Below the pieces are notes generated by a model. That model made no database searches and was not told the origin of the DNA. It worked only from the letters and a program-made list of their open reading frames with translations. From IMG/VR virus record IMGVR_UViG_3300008448_011290: a stretch of DNA of 64,000 bases; one strand, given 5' to 3'. A program made the position numbers and the translations under genes. Positions 26,279-35,374 of the stretch are shown here, one piece after another. Positions within the stretch are counted from its first letter, which is position 1. Each line of letters opens with the position of its first letter. The stretch comes from a virus.

Positions 26279-27316
26279 ATGAGTACTTTAGGAAAAATAA
26301 AACATTATTCTCAAATTAATCCATTAAAAGAAATATGGATTGGAGATACCTATCCACAAACTTTTTATAAGCATTTTGATAATCGTACAGAAGATATTTT
26401 TTGTAAGATAACAGAAATGACACAAAAAGAATTAAAGAATATATGTAAAATATTAGAAAATCTAGGAGTAAACGTAGTTAGACCAAAATTTGAAAACTCT
26501 GTTGACCCATATCTAGATCAACAGGGTAATCTAATAAAACCCCCAATGTGTCCTTGTGATTGGGCCATGACAATAGATGATACATTATATATAAATCCTC
26601 AATATCATTCAGGAATAGAACCGTTTCAACATGCAATAGATTCTTATAAAGATAACAATCAAAATGTTGTAATTATAGATCGATCTAAAGATCCAATAGC
26701 CTGGGTGAACTTTCCTTGTGTAGTTAGAATGGGAAGAGATATGTTTATTGATTACGATAATAGCAGACCAGAATTTAAACAAAATGCAATAATTGTTGCT
26801 GAACAACTTTCAATAAATCATAGAGTGCATATATTGAACACAGGAGATCACAGCGATGGTGTTTTTTGTCCTCTCAAAGAAAAAGAAATATTATCTAGTT
26901 TTTACAGAAACAAATATGACAAAAGTTTTCCAGAATGGAATGTTGCGTATCTAGAAGAACGCCCAATGGTACCAACTCATAATAATAATTGGTGGGTACC
27001 AGGAGCACATTTTGCAAATTATAATAAAGAAATAATAAAAGTTGCTGATACATGGTTAGGTAATCCATGGGAAACTATATTCAGTGTTAATTGTATATTA
27101 GTAGATGAAAAAAATATACTTGTAATAAAAGAAAATAAAAAAATTTTTAAATATTTTGAAAGTATTGGTATAACACCACATGTGGCAAATTTTGATATGT
27201 GTTATTTTTGGGATAGTGGATTACATTGTTTAAGTTCGGATGTTTATAGAGAAGGCCCAATGCTAGATTATTGGCCAAGCAGAGGAGACAACGGAGTATA
27301 CTATATCAATGAATAG
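26279..27316 (+). CDS. Amidinotransferase (glycine/inosamine-phosphate amidinotransferase-like)
   Basis: PLKEIWIG, LENLGVNVVRP, PPMCPCD, HSDG, FSVN...DEK, WDSGLHC (catalytic Asp/His/Cys of the pentein fold). Confidence 0.8.
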   Translation: MSTLGKIKHYSQINPLKEIWIGDTYPQTFYKHFDNRTEDIFCKITEMTQKELKNICKILENLGVNVVRPKFENSVDPYLDQQGNLIKPPMCPCDWAMTIDDTLYINPQYHSGIEPFQHAIDSYKDNNQNVVIIDRSKDPIAWVNFPCVVRMGRDMFIDYDNSRPEFKQNAIIVAEQLSINHRVHILNTGDHSDGVFCPLKEKEILSSFYRNKYDKSFPEWNVAYLEERPMVPTHNNNWWVPGAHFANYNKEIIKVADTWLGNPWETIFSVNCILVDEKNILVIKENKKIFKYFESIGITPHVANFDMCYFWDSGLHCLSSDVYREGPMLDYWPSRGDNGVYYINE

Positions 27317-28109
27317 TGAATTAACAGACAAATTGTGGCCGATTTCCGACAATCATATAAAAAAATTAAAAGAACAATGGTATTCTTCTAAACAAGAAAA
27401 TCCATACAAAGAAAAATTTATAAAACACGCAGATGCATGGTTTAAGTCTTCAACAATAAACGATCTTAGAGGATGGGAAGCATTTACTTGCAAAGATATC
27501 ATAATAGGTTGTACAAATTTTATTGAGTCTGTTTGTTTGAAATATGCATGGAACATACAAATACTGCCATCTGAATACAGTTATTACTCTATAATGGGAA
27601 TGAAATCAACTAACCCAGGCGAATTAAAACCTAAAATTCCATTGCTTGTCAGTGTGCCGTCTTGGAAATATTGTGATACAGATCCACACTGGAATGATAT
27701 TTTAAAAGAATGTGAAGAAAAAAACATTGATATACACATCGACGGTTGTTGGTTTCAATCTGCTAGAAAAATAGAATTTGATTTTGATCATCCAAATATT
27801 AAAAGTTTTGCTATGAGTATGTCAAAAGGTTTAGACTTAACATGGAATAGGATTGGATTGAGATGGTCGCGACAAAGAACAACAGATTCTATCACTTTAT
27901 TAAATCACTTTGGTATGTATAATGAAAATTTAACAGCTTGTGGTTATTTTTTAATGAATAATCTTGATAAAGACTATGCTTGGAATACTCATGGACAAGC
28001 ACACAAGGCACTAGCAGAAAAACACGGTTTACAAGAAACCAACAGCATACATGTTTTAAGAGATAAAGATAATAATCTATTTGGAATTGGAAAAATTTTA
28101 AGTACTTAA
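27309..28109 (+). CDS. PLP-dependent transferase-like protein (fold type I, compact)
   Basis: IHIDGCW (PLP-binding Asp), SMSKG (Schiff-base Lys), RIGLRW. Confidence 0.65.
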   Translation: MNSELTDKLWPISDNHIKKLKEQWYSSKQENPYKEKFIKHADAWFKSSTINDLRGWEAFTCKDIIIGCTNFIESVCLKYAWNIQILPSEYSYYSIMGMKSTNPGELKPKIPLLVSVPSWKYCDTDPHWNDILKECEEKNIDIHIDGCWFQSARKIEFDFDHPNIKSFAMSMSKGLDLTWNRIGLRWSRQRTTDSITLLNHFGMYNENLTACGYFLMNNLDKDYAWNTHGQAHKALAEKHGLQETNSIHVLRDKDNNLFGIGKILST

Positions 28110-29903
28110 TTATATAACAATGTCTACGTCATTAGCGTAGCTTGTAAATCCGTTTTCTTTCACTACTTTTAGTACAGAATTTACTCGAGACACTAACTCG
28201 TCTTTGTGCGATATTAAGAATATATTTTTTGATTGTGTTCGACTCATCTCTTTTAATACTGCCATTGAGCTTTCCACACCAGATACGTCCATACCAGCAT
28301 CAATTAACTCATCTATAAACAATAAGTTGATTTGTTGATACAATCCTTCCCACACATCTCGGAATGCCCAGCTTAAACTTAATATCAATCGATTTCTTTC
28401 TCCTCGACTTAGATTATCAAAATCTAATTCTCTGCCTAACTCTTCAATTCTCACACTCAAATCAGATAAGAATACCACTGTGTGAGGTAACTTAACTTGT
28501 GTTAGATAGAATGCTAATCGTTGATTAAGATAAGTCAAATTTTGTTCTATGATTCTAGTTCTAATAAAAGAATCTTTTGCAGTTAGTAATTTGTATAAGA
28601 ACTCTTGATGTCTGTATAAGTCTTCCATCTCATTTGCTTTAGTATAATCTATTTTTTGCACTGCTGTTTTGTTTAATTCGTCAATCTGTTCTTGATATGG
28701 ATTTTCTTTAGCACGAGTTTGTTCTAGTTGTCTTTTTAAATCTTCCACAGAACCTTTATGATTATATGCTTCATCGATTGAATCATAGTATGTGTCTGGC
28801 ACAGAACCCAAATCTCCAATAGCTGTTATGCTATTTTGTATTTCTTTTAATTTTGCAGACAATGTTTGTTCATATTGGGTTTGTTCCTCAAGATCTTTTT
28901 TAAGTTCGTCCACAAGATGCTCATGTTTCTCTCCATGTAAGTCTTGTTCGCAAGTAGGACAAGTGGCTTTTTCAGCATATTCTAAATCTTTTACAGTTTG
29001 TTCTTTCTGTCTAGTGGCTTTGGTTAATGAATCTTCGTGATAGCTTTTCTCTTTTTCTAAATTTCTTAGAGTTTTAGAATCATCTGTATGTTTTGCCAGT
29101 CGTTTATGATTCTCTAACTCTGTTTGGATATCTACTCGCTCTAACTCTTCTATAGCAGATTCAAATTTCGCAATATCTTGATTCTTCTGTGTTTGCCACG
29201 CAGCACTCCTTAATTCAAATGTTTTGATAGACTCTTCTACTTTTTTATTACTAACCAAAACAGCATCTAATCGCATCTTTTCTTCTGATAATTCCTGTTT
29301 AGCCACTCGCATCTGTTCTTTTAACAGTTCTGCCTTTTCGCTTAATAGAGTTATACCTAATAACTGTTCTATAATTTCTCTTTGCTCGGCTTGTTTGGTT
29401 GCTAAGAATGGTTGTGTATAAGTGTTAAGAGCTATGATATTCTTGAACATAGCATGAGTCATACCAATTAACTTATTAATCTCTTCTTGAGTTTCTCTAT
29501 TCTCTCCCTGTGCCTCATTGTTATCTTCAGTGCCATCTGCTCCTGAGTTTTGTTCCACTTCATTGATAAAGAATTTCAATACCTGCGGTTTTCTTCCTCT
29601 TTCAATCTTGTAACTTACTCCATTCTTCTCAAAATTTACAGTGACCAACATATCTTTGCTGTTGGTTTTATTCACTAGATTGTCTCTTCTGATCTGTGTC
29701 AATGCTTCCCCAAAGAATACATAACTGATAGCATTTATGATAGTGGTCTTACCAGTACCATTTCGAGCACCTGCGTCATCACCGCCCAAATCCATGTTCT
29801 CACCAATAACCAGCACTAAATTTTTGCCAGCAAAGTTCACTGCTTGAGTATGATTACCCACGCTCATAAAGTTTTTTACTGTAAGATCTCTAATGGTTAA
29901 CAT
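28110..29903 (-). CDS. gp46: Recombination endonuclease ATPase subunit (T4 gp46 / Rad50 / SbcC-like)
   Basis: KNFMSVGN, NGTGKTT Walker A, CPTC zinc hook, LSRGE signature, LLFIDE Walker B, ISH. Confidence 0.95.
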   Translation of the reverse strand: MLTIRDLTVKNFMSVGNHTQAVNFAGKNLVLVIGENMDLGGDDAGARNGTGKTTIINAISYVFFGEALTQIRRDNLVNKTNSKDMLVTVNFEKNGVSYKIERGRKPQVLKFFINEVEQNSGADGTEDNNEAQGENRETQEEINKLIGMTHAMFKNIIALNTYTQPFLATKQAEQREIIEQLLGITLLSEKAELLKEQMRVAKQELSEEKMRLDAVLVSNKKVEESIKTFELRSAAWQTQKNQDIAKFESAIEELERVDIQTELENHKRLAKHTDDSKTLRNLEKEKSYHEDSLTKATRQKEQTVKDLEYAEKATCPTCEQDLHGEKHEHLVDELKKDLEEQTQYEQTLSAKLKEIQNSITAIGDLGSVPDTYYDSIDEAYNHKGSVEDLKRQLEQTRAKENPYQEQIDELNKTAVQKIDYTKANEMEDLYRHQEFLYKLLTAKDSFIRTRIIEQNLTYLNQRLAFYLTQVKLPHTVVFLSDLSVRIEELGRELDFDNLSRGERNRLILSLSWAFRDVWEGLYQQINLLFIDELIDAGMDVSGVESSMAVLKEMSRTQSKNIFLISHKDELVSRVNSVLKVVKENGFTSYANDVDIVI

Positions 29904-30912
29904 CTAAATTATTATAAATTGCCATTAATACTTTTTTATCATAGGTTTGTGAATCCACAGCTTCTAACTGTTTGATCACAATTTGATCCACAGAATCAAA
30001 TTTTTCCACTTTAACCATGGGCTGATCTGCTTGATCCAACTGCTCTGGAATCAGTTGCAGTTCTCTCAATTGATATTTTTCCATGAATGTTTCTCTGATA
30101 AAATTAGCTTCTTCATAAGAAATCTTAATGTCCAATCCCACACGCACATACATTCGTGGCGCTAATATGCTGTCAGCATCAGATAATAACTGTGATATTT
30201 TTACATTTCGATATTTTGGCATGTTAGGATAGTTGATGTATTTGGGCTGCCCACCATATTCCAGCACCATCATACCACGCTCATCATCACCAGCATCAGC
30301 ATAGTTGTGCGGAAATGCATTGCCGATGTAGTGTATATTGTTTCTTATTTGTCTCTTATGGAAGTGTCCTGTGAACACGTATTCTTGATTCACAAAGTGT
30401 TCTGCTTTGATTGTGCCCACATCTGGCATGTCCACCATGGCATTCATTTTAAAATAAGGCAATTCAAAATGTCCAAAAATATATCTCTGTTTTAAATCCT
30501 GTATCTTTCTCCATTCATCGTTGACTATCCACGGTACTATTGCCACGTCATCGGTTAATAACCAGTTATTCACTATCTCGATGTTAGGAATATTTCTACA
30601 GTATTCCATGCTGTTAATTTCTCTCTTGTCTCTGTAGAATAGATCGTGATTGCCCATAATCACATAGACTTTTTCAAATGCTCTACCCAATCTTTCCATG
30701 TTGCTCACTGTGTAGTTCATGGTGCTGACGTTAGTAGCACTTCTGTGATGATGCCAATCTCCTAAGAATATGCAGGTTTCACATCCGTGTGCTTGAGCTT
30801 GTTCAATGAACCAATAACAGAATGCTTCTCCGTCATCATTGTGAACTCGGCTGTTGCCTTTTAATCCAAAATGTATATCAGTGAAACAAGCAGCTTTTTT
30901 AAAAAATGCCAT
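29890..30912 (-). CDS. gp47: Recombination endonuclease nuclease subunit (T4 gp47 / Mre11 / SbcD-like)
   Basis: DIHFG, GDWHH, GNHD, GHFE, GHFH metallophosphoesterase motifs. Confidence 0.95.
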   Translation of the reverse strand: MAFFKKAACFTDIHFGLKGNSRVHNDDGEAFCYWFIEQAQAHGCETCIFLGDWHHHRSATNVSTMNYTVSNMERLGRAFEKVYVIMGNHDLFYRDKREINSMEYCRNIPNIEIVNNWLLTDDVAIVPWIVNDEWRKIQDLKQRYIFGHFELPYFKMNAMVDMPDVGTIKAEHFVNQEYVFTGHFHKRQIRNNIHYIGNAFPHNYADAGDDERGMMVLEYGGQPKYINYPNMPKYRNVKISQLLSDADSILAPRMYVRVGLDIKISYEEANFIRETFMEKYQLRELQLIPEQLDQADQPMVKVEKFDSVDQIVIKQLEAVDSQTYDKKVLMAIYNNLDVNH

Positions 30913-30921
30913 AGTTGGATA

Positions 30922-31851
30922 TTATTTTGTTTTGTCCTCTGTTGCAAGTGATAATTTGCCAGAATCTTTTAATTGTTTGTTTAATTCTTTAATGGCTGCC
31001 TTGCTGTAGACTTTGACTTCTCCATGCAATTCTTTTTGTCTTTTCTTTGCTGCCACAGTCTCACTTTCATTCTTAGCCTGTCGAGTATAACTTGGCATCA
31101 TTTCATTCATTTCCAATATGTCATCACGAATGTTTTGATTTTTCTTCTCAATGTTTAGGATTCTTGTGAATGAGTTTGTGATAGCTGCTGTGTAATAAGC
31201 AAACGGATTCTCAGATTTAGATTCATCAAACTGTAAACCAATTTGACTCAACTGCATTAGTGCTTGTGATCTCATCTCGTCTACATAAGTGTAACCTCGC
31301 CAGTTGCTCCTTTGACTGTACCTCTCTGCTAATTTTAAAAACATATTTGCTAGGTTAGGAGTGATCTTGCCGTGATCATTGCTGAAATGCCCGTTGCTCA
31401 TACCACCCATCCAATGACTTTTGCCCACGCAAATTAATTGTCCTTTTTCGTTGATCCTATAATGTTGGAATGGAGGAAAATTAACTTTTGTATGATGATC
31501 TGCTCGAGTTTTAGGATTTTTCTTTCTCTCGCTGTCCATAGTGATGTGATCAAACATCATCACTCGAAACACTAAATCAGTTTTTTTAACTTTTCTAGGA
31601 GATACTTCATAGTCACTCATTTTAATTCTTTTATTGCCTAATTTTTTAGCAGCTTCCCACGCTCGAGCTGTTAATCTTTTTGCTTGTATTTTTCTTGCTT
31701 TGGCAATGTTGGCATTGTTAATCTTTTTAATGTCATTAACAATCATGTCATAATCGCTGTCTTCGGGACTAACATATGAGCAATAGGTATTCTTGCTCTT
31801 GTGTATCTCCGCCAGCAGATCGCGGTTATTTAGATAATTCACTCTTTTCAT
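30922..31851 (-). CDS. gp55: Late-transcription sigma factor (T4 gp55-like)
   Basis: NYLNNRDL N-terminus; RYSQRSNWRGYTYVDEM; FDESKSENPFAYYT...NSF.R....EKK. Confidence 0.88.
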   Translation of the reverse strand: MKRVNYLNNRDLLAEIHKSKNTYCSYVSPEDSDYDMIVNDIKKINNANIAKARKIQAKRLTARAWEAAKKLGNKRIKMSDYEVSPRKVKKTDLVFRVMMFDHITMDSERKKNPKTRADHHTKVNFPPFQHYRINEKGQLICVGKSHWMGGMSNGHFSNDHGKITPNLANMFLKLAERYSQRSNWRGYTYVDEMRSQALMQLSQIGLQFDESKSENPFAYYTAAITNSFTRILNIEKKNQNIRDDILEMNEMMPSYTRQAKNESETVAAKKRQKELHGEVKVYSKAAIKELNKQLKDSGKLSLATEDKTK

Positions 31852-31918
31852 AGTAATTCCTTATTTTTGTTGTTTGCTTTGCTGCCTGGAGATTATAAAG
31901 TGCGCCTATTATGATGCC

Positions 31919-31962
31919 TATAAATATTGTTATAGTATACTGAATTTTATATGAAAAAACAA
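31919..31962. promoter_or_regulatory. Face-to-face promoters: sigma70-like (-) for gp55 and TATAAATA late promoter (+) for baseplate operon
   Basis: Minus TTGTTT-17nt-TATACT (-10 at 31934-31939); plus TATAAATA at 31919-31926. Confidence 0.6.
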
Positions 31963-31985
31963 CCTATTAATAAACGGATTTAACA

Positions 31986-32891
31986 ATGGGACTATTAGAC
32001 ACAGCAGGCAAAGTTTTAGGTGTTATCGGCGGGGTTAATAAAGTTATCTCTTCCAATCCCACTTTAAATCGTTTATTTGGTGCAGGATTAGGCAGAGGCG
32101 CCGAAGCGTCTGATCAATTAAACACACATGCTACGTGGACCACAAGAAACGGCCAAACAGATTTTAGAGTTAAGGTAACTTTACCATCAGAGAGTGATTT
32201 AAATAATATATTCTTTGGAGGATCTCGACAGCAATTCAAAGACAATAAACAGAAATCACCAAACAATGTACTTTGGCCACTAGCTTCTGAAGGCGGAGTA
32301 ATATTTCCTTTAACGCCAAGCATTATCATTCAACATGCTGCCAGTTACAATGCCATGGCATTGACGCACAGCAATTATCCTTTTTATGCCTATGGACACA
32401 GTGAGGTACCTTCATTCACAGTGACAGGAGAATTTCCTGTACAAAATTATGAAGATGCTCAATATTGGGTAGCCATGTTACATTTCTTTAGATCAGTGAC
32501 CAAAATGTTCTTTGGAGGACAGAACGATTCTTTAAAAGGAAATCCTCCACCGATTCTACAACTGAACGGATACGGCAGTTATGTATTCAATAATGTTCCT
32601 GTGGTAGTTACTAATTTTAACGTGGACATGAGAGCCGACGTAGATTATATTTGTACCACACAAAGTTCTATGGTGGGCAAAGGTGGAGTAAATTTAAATT
32701 CTTTGTATAGTGATTTAAGTGCAGGAGTAGTTGCCAATCCTGATAAGAACAACACCTGGGCTCCGGCTCTGAGCACAGTAACTCTACAATTACAACCGGT
32801 ATATTCTAAAGAAACTATCAAGAAATTTAACATGAGAGATTTTGTTAATGGTCGTCTTAATGGCAGCAGCAAAGAGGTAGGATTTATCTAA
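31986..32891 (+). CDS. Baseplate/tail-tube initiator protein (gp48/gp54-like)
   Basis: GVIFPLTP.I, HFFRSVTKMFFG, GNPPP.LQLNGYG, NVPVVVTNF; first gene of the baseplate operon. Confidence 0.65.
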   Translation: MGLLDTAGKVLGVIGGVNKVISSNPTLNRLFGAGLGRGAEASDQLNTHATWTTRNGQTDFRVKVTLPSESDLNNIFFGGSRQQFKDNKQKSPNNVLWPLASEGGVIFPLTPSIIIQHAASYNAMALTHSNYPFYAYGHSEVPSFTVTGEFPVQNYEDAQYWVAMLHFFRSVTKMFFGGQNDSLKGNPPPILQLNGYGSYVFNNVPVVVTNFNVDMRADVDYICTTQSSMVGKGGVNLNSLYSDLSAGVVANPDKNNTWAPALSTVTLQLQPVYSKETIKKFNMRDFVNGRLNGSSKEVGFI

Positions 32892-33190
32892 TGGCTCAAT
32901 ACAGCAACACATCTCCTTATTTTAATACATTAGAGAATAATATTAGTTTGGATTTTTTAATCCCTAGGACTATAACAGCAGAAGCAGATGATATCTCTTA
33001 CACCATTGATAGAATTTATGCTTATAGGCCAGACCTATTAGCGTATGACTTGTATGGCACACCAAGATTATGGTGGGTATTTGCTCAAAGAAATCTAGAT
33101 ATTATTGAAGATCCTATCTATGATTTTTCTCCAGGCAAAGTAATACAGTTGCCTAAGTTAAGCAATTTAAAAAGTGATCTAGGCCTATAA
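32891..33190 (+). CDS. Baseplate wedge protein (gp53-like, LysM-type)
   Basis: YRPDLLAYDLYGTPRLWWVFAQRN...DPIYDF..G..I.LP. Confidence 0.8.
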   Translation: MAQYSNTSPYFNTLENNISLDFLIPRTITAEADDISYTIDRIYAYRPDLLAYDLYGTPRLWWVFAQRNLDIIEDPIYDFSPGKVIQLPKLSNLKSDLGL

Positions 33191-33193
33191 CAA

Positions 33194-35374
33194 ATGACGA
33201 TTAATTCAGATGCTATGCAAGGAGCTCCGATTGGTACTGCCAGATGGAAGACGGCAACCGAAGAGAATGTTCTAGATAGATATGCTTCATACAATTATAT
33301 TTTTACGTTATCCACAATACCTAGAGAGCAACTTTTAAATCCTACCAGCATAATTGCGAGCAGACCTCGCGATGTTATCGCTAAATCTGCAGGCATAGGA
33401 GATGAAGGTAATTATTCTCCATTCAATGAAAAAGGACAAGTTGCTACATCGTCAGCAGCACGTTCAGGATATGTGGATAGAATGATCAATACATTAAAAC
33501 CAGAAACAATAAAATCGTTAAATGAGTCCAACAAAATACTTCAAAGGGGACATGACATATTTTTTAAAAGTGTCACTATAGAAGGACTGAACGCCGCTAA
33601 TGAAGAAAGAAAATTAGTAAGTTTTAACTCGTTGAATATGACATTACAGGAACCATTTGGAATCACACTATTTGAAAAATTACGTGCTGCAGCTTTTAAT
33701 AATGGGTATAGAGATTATATAGATTGTCCTTATTTGATCAAGATAGAATTTCGAGGATTTGACACCAAAGGAAATCCTCTACAAGTTATAACTGCTAGGC
33801 ACATACCAATTAAAATTGCAAGAGTAGAAATGTCTATCGATGCCGGTGGGACGAATTACGATGTGCAAGCAATGGCGTGGAACGAGTATGCAATGACAGA
33901 TAAATTTTTATACACTAGAGGCACCGGCGGATCCTATACTAATTCAACAAAAGACAAAGAACTCACAGGAGTGGATAAGAGAGCACAAACTCTCAACGGA
34001 GCTCTAACACTCTTAGAAGAGAATTTAAATGAACAACAAAAGATAGAATTACGATACCAATTGCGAGACAACGAAGGAACACTGGATCGGTACATCATAG
34101 ATGCAGCACCCGGGGTGTATCAATTCACAGAATCTAGCGGAAACTCTAATTTTGATGAAACGAGTCCAGGACCGGGGTCTTATAAATTCACTATTAGGCC
34201 AAATCAAAGTATAGCACAAATTATACAAGACATTGTGCTACAAACCGAGGAATATAGAAATATAGACAAGATTGTAGAAAAGTATTGGAAAGATATAGGA
34301 AACGCACAGGAATTAGAAGGACAAATAACAAATGAAGAGCTCAAAACAATGATCCCAGATTTTATGGTGCCGTGGTTCAAAATTAAAACTTCTATATACA
34401 ACACCGAAGCGTTTGATAGAACAACTAAGATGCATGCTAAAATAATACATTTCCAAGTGATTCCATATAGAATACACATATTAAATTTTGCAGTGCCAGG
34501 CCTCAGTGGTAGTCCATCATGGAATAGGAAAGCATTAAAAGCCTACAAATACATTTACACAGGAGAAAATACTCAAATATTAGATTTAAAAATTAATTAC
34601 AATTATGGATTTTATCAGGCAGCATTATTGGATGGATCTAGGAAAGATGCTCAAACTGCTAGAGAGGTAAAAGATTTATCATTGGTACAATATGCTAGAC
34701 AATTTGGTAACAAATCACTAGACTACCCAGAGGAGATGTTGCCAATGAGGAAATATCCAACCACAGTGAAGAACGAAGACGTATCCACAGAAGACAGAGG
34801 CAGCAGGACACAGGTAGACGGATTCATGGAATATCTAACCAATCCTTTAGCAGACATGGTGAATGTAGAGATGACTATAATGGGAGATCCTGCATTCATA
34901 GGACAGGAAAACTATCTACCTATAGAAAGAAAAACCACGGCAACTGAGAACGGCGGAGGTCAAGTATCAGAGCAAGTGCCAAGATACAAAGGACTTTATT
35001 GGGATAAAAATTTAGGATGTTTTAATTATGATCAAGCAGAGGCATTCGTCACTTTAGATTTTAGATTTCCTACAGATATAAATGAAAAGAAGGGTGTAAT
35101 GGATTTTCAGTCAATGGAGAATGTATTTTTTAGTGGATTGTACAGAGTGACTAAAGTAACAAGTAATTTTGATCAAGGAAAATTTACACAAACACTAGCC
35201 CTAGTTAGATTTGACCAGCAAGGAAAAGAAATTAATGTTGTGGAAAATATAAAAATATTGTCAGATGCTAAAGAGAAACTGATAAATTCTTTGAGTGGAA
35301 CATACACATTGACCAACCAAGAGCTTGATGCCAAAACACAGGCAGATAATCAACTCGGAAGTGGAGGAGCATAA
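33194..35374 (+). CDS. Baseplate hub protein (gp27-like)
   Basis: Position between gp53-like and gp5-like genes; C-terminal MTIMGDP...FSGLYRVTKVTSNFDQGKFTQTL. Confidence 0.6.
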   Translation: MTINSDAMQGAPIGTARWKTATEENVLDRYASYNYIFTLSTIPREQLLNPTSIIASRPRDVIAKSAGIGDEGNYSPFNEKGQVATSSAARSGYVDRMINTLKPETIKSLNESNKILQRGHDIFFKSVTIEGLNAANEERKLVSFNSLNMTLQEPFGITLFEKLRAAAFNNGYRDYIDCPYLIKIEFRGFDTKGNPLQVITARHIPIKIARVEMSIDAGGTNYDVQAMAWNEYAMTDKFLYTRGTGGSYTNSTKDKELTGVDKRAQTLNGALTLLEENLNEQQKIELRYQLRDNEGTLDRYIIDAAPGVYQFTESSGNSNFDETSPGPGSYKFTIRPNQSIAQIIQDIVLQTEEYRNIDKIVEKYWKDIGNAQELEGQITNEELKTMIPDFMVPWFKIKTSIYNTEAFDRTTKMHAKIIHFQVIPYRIHILNFAVPGLSGSPSWNRKALKAYKYIYTGENTQILDLKINYNYGFYQAALLDGSRKDAQTAREVKDLSLVQYARQFGNKSLDYPEEMLPMRKYPTTVKNEDVSTEDRGSRTQVDGFMEYLTNPLADMVNVEMTIMGDPAFIGQENYLPIERKTTATENGGGQVSEQVPRYKGLYWDKNLGCFNYDQAEAFVTLDFRFPTDINEKKGVMDFQSMENVFFSGLYRVTKVTSNFDQGKFTQTLALVRFDQQGKEINVVENIKILSDAKEKLINSLSGTYTLTNQELDAKTQADNQLGSGGA

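Noticed and set aside
26279-27316. Amidinotransferase plus QueC as an archaeosine (dG+) DNA modification pathway
   Set aside because: Archaeosine synthases are ArcS, QueF-like or Gat-QueC, not pentein-fold amidinotransferases; the QueC-like gene is about 33 kb away with an altered PP-loop, and no dpdA, folE or queD is visible.
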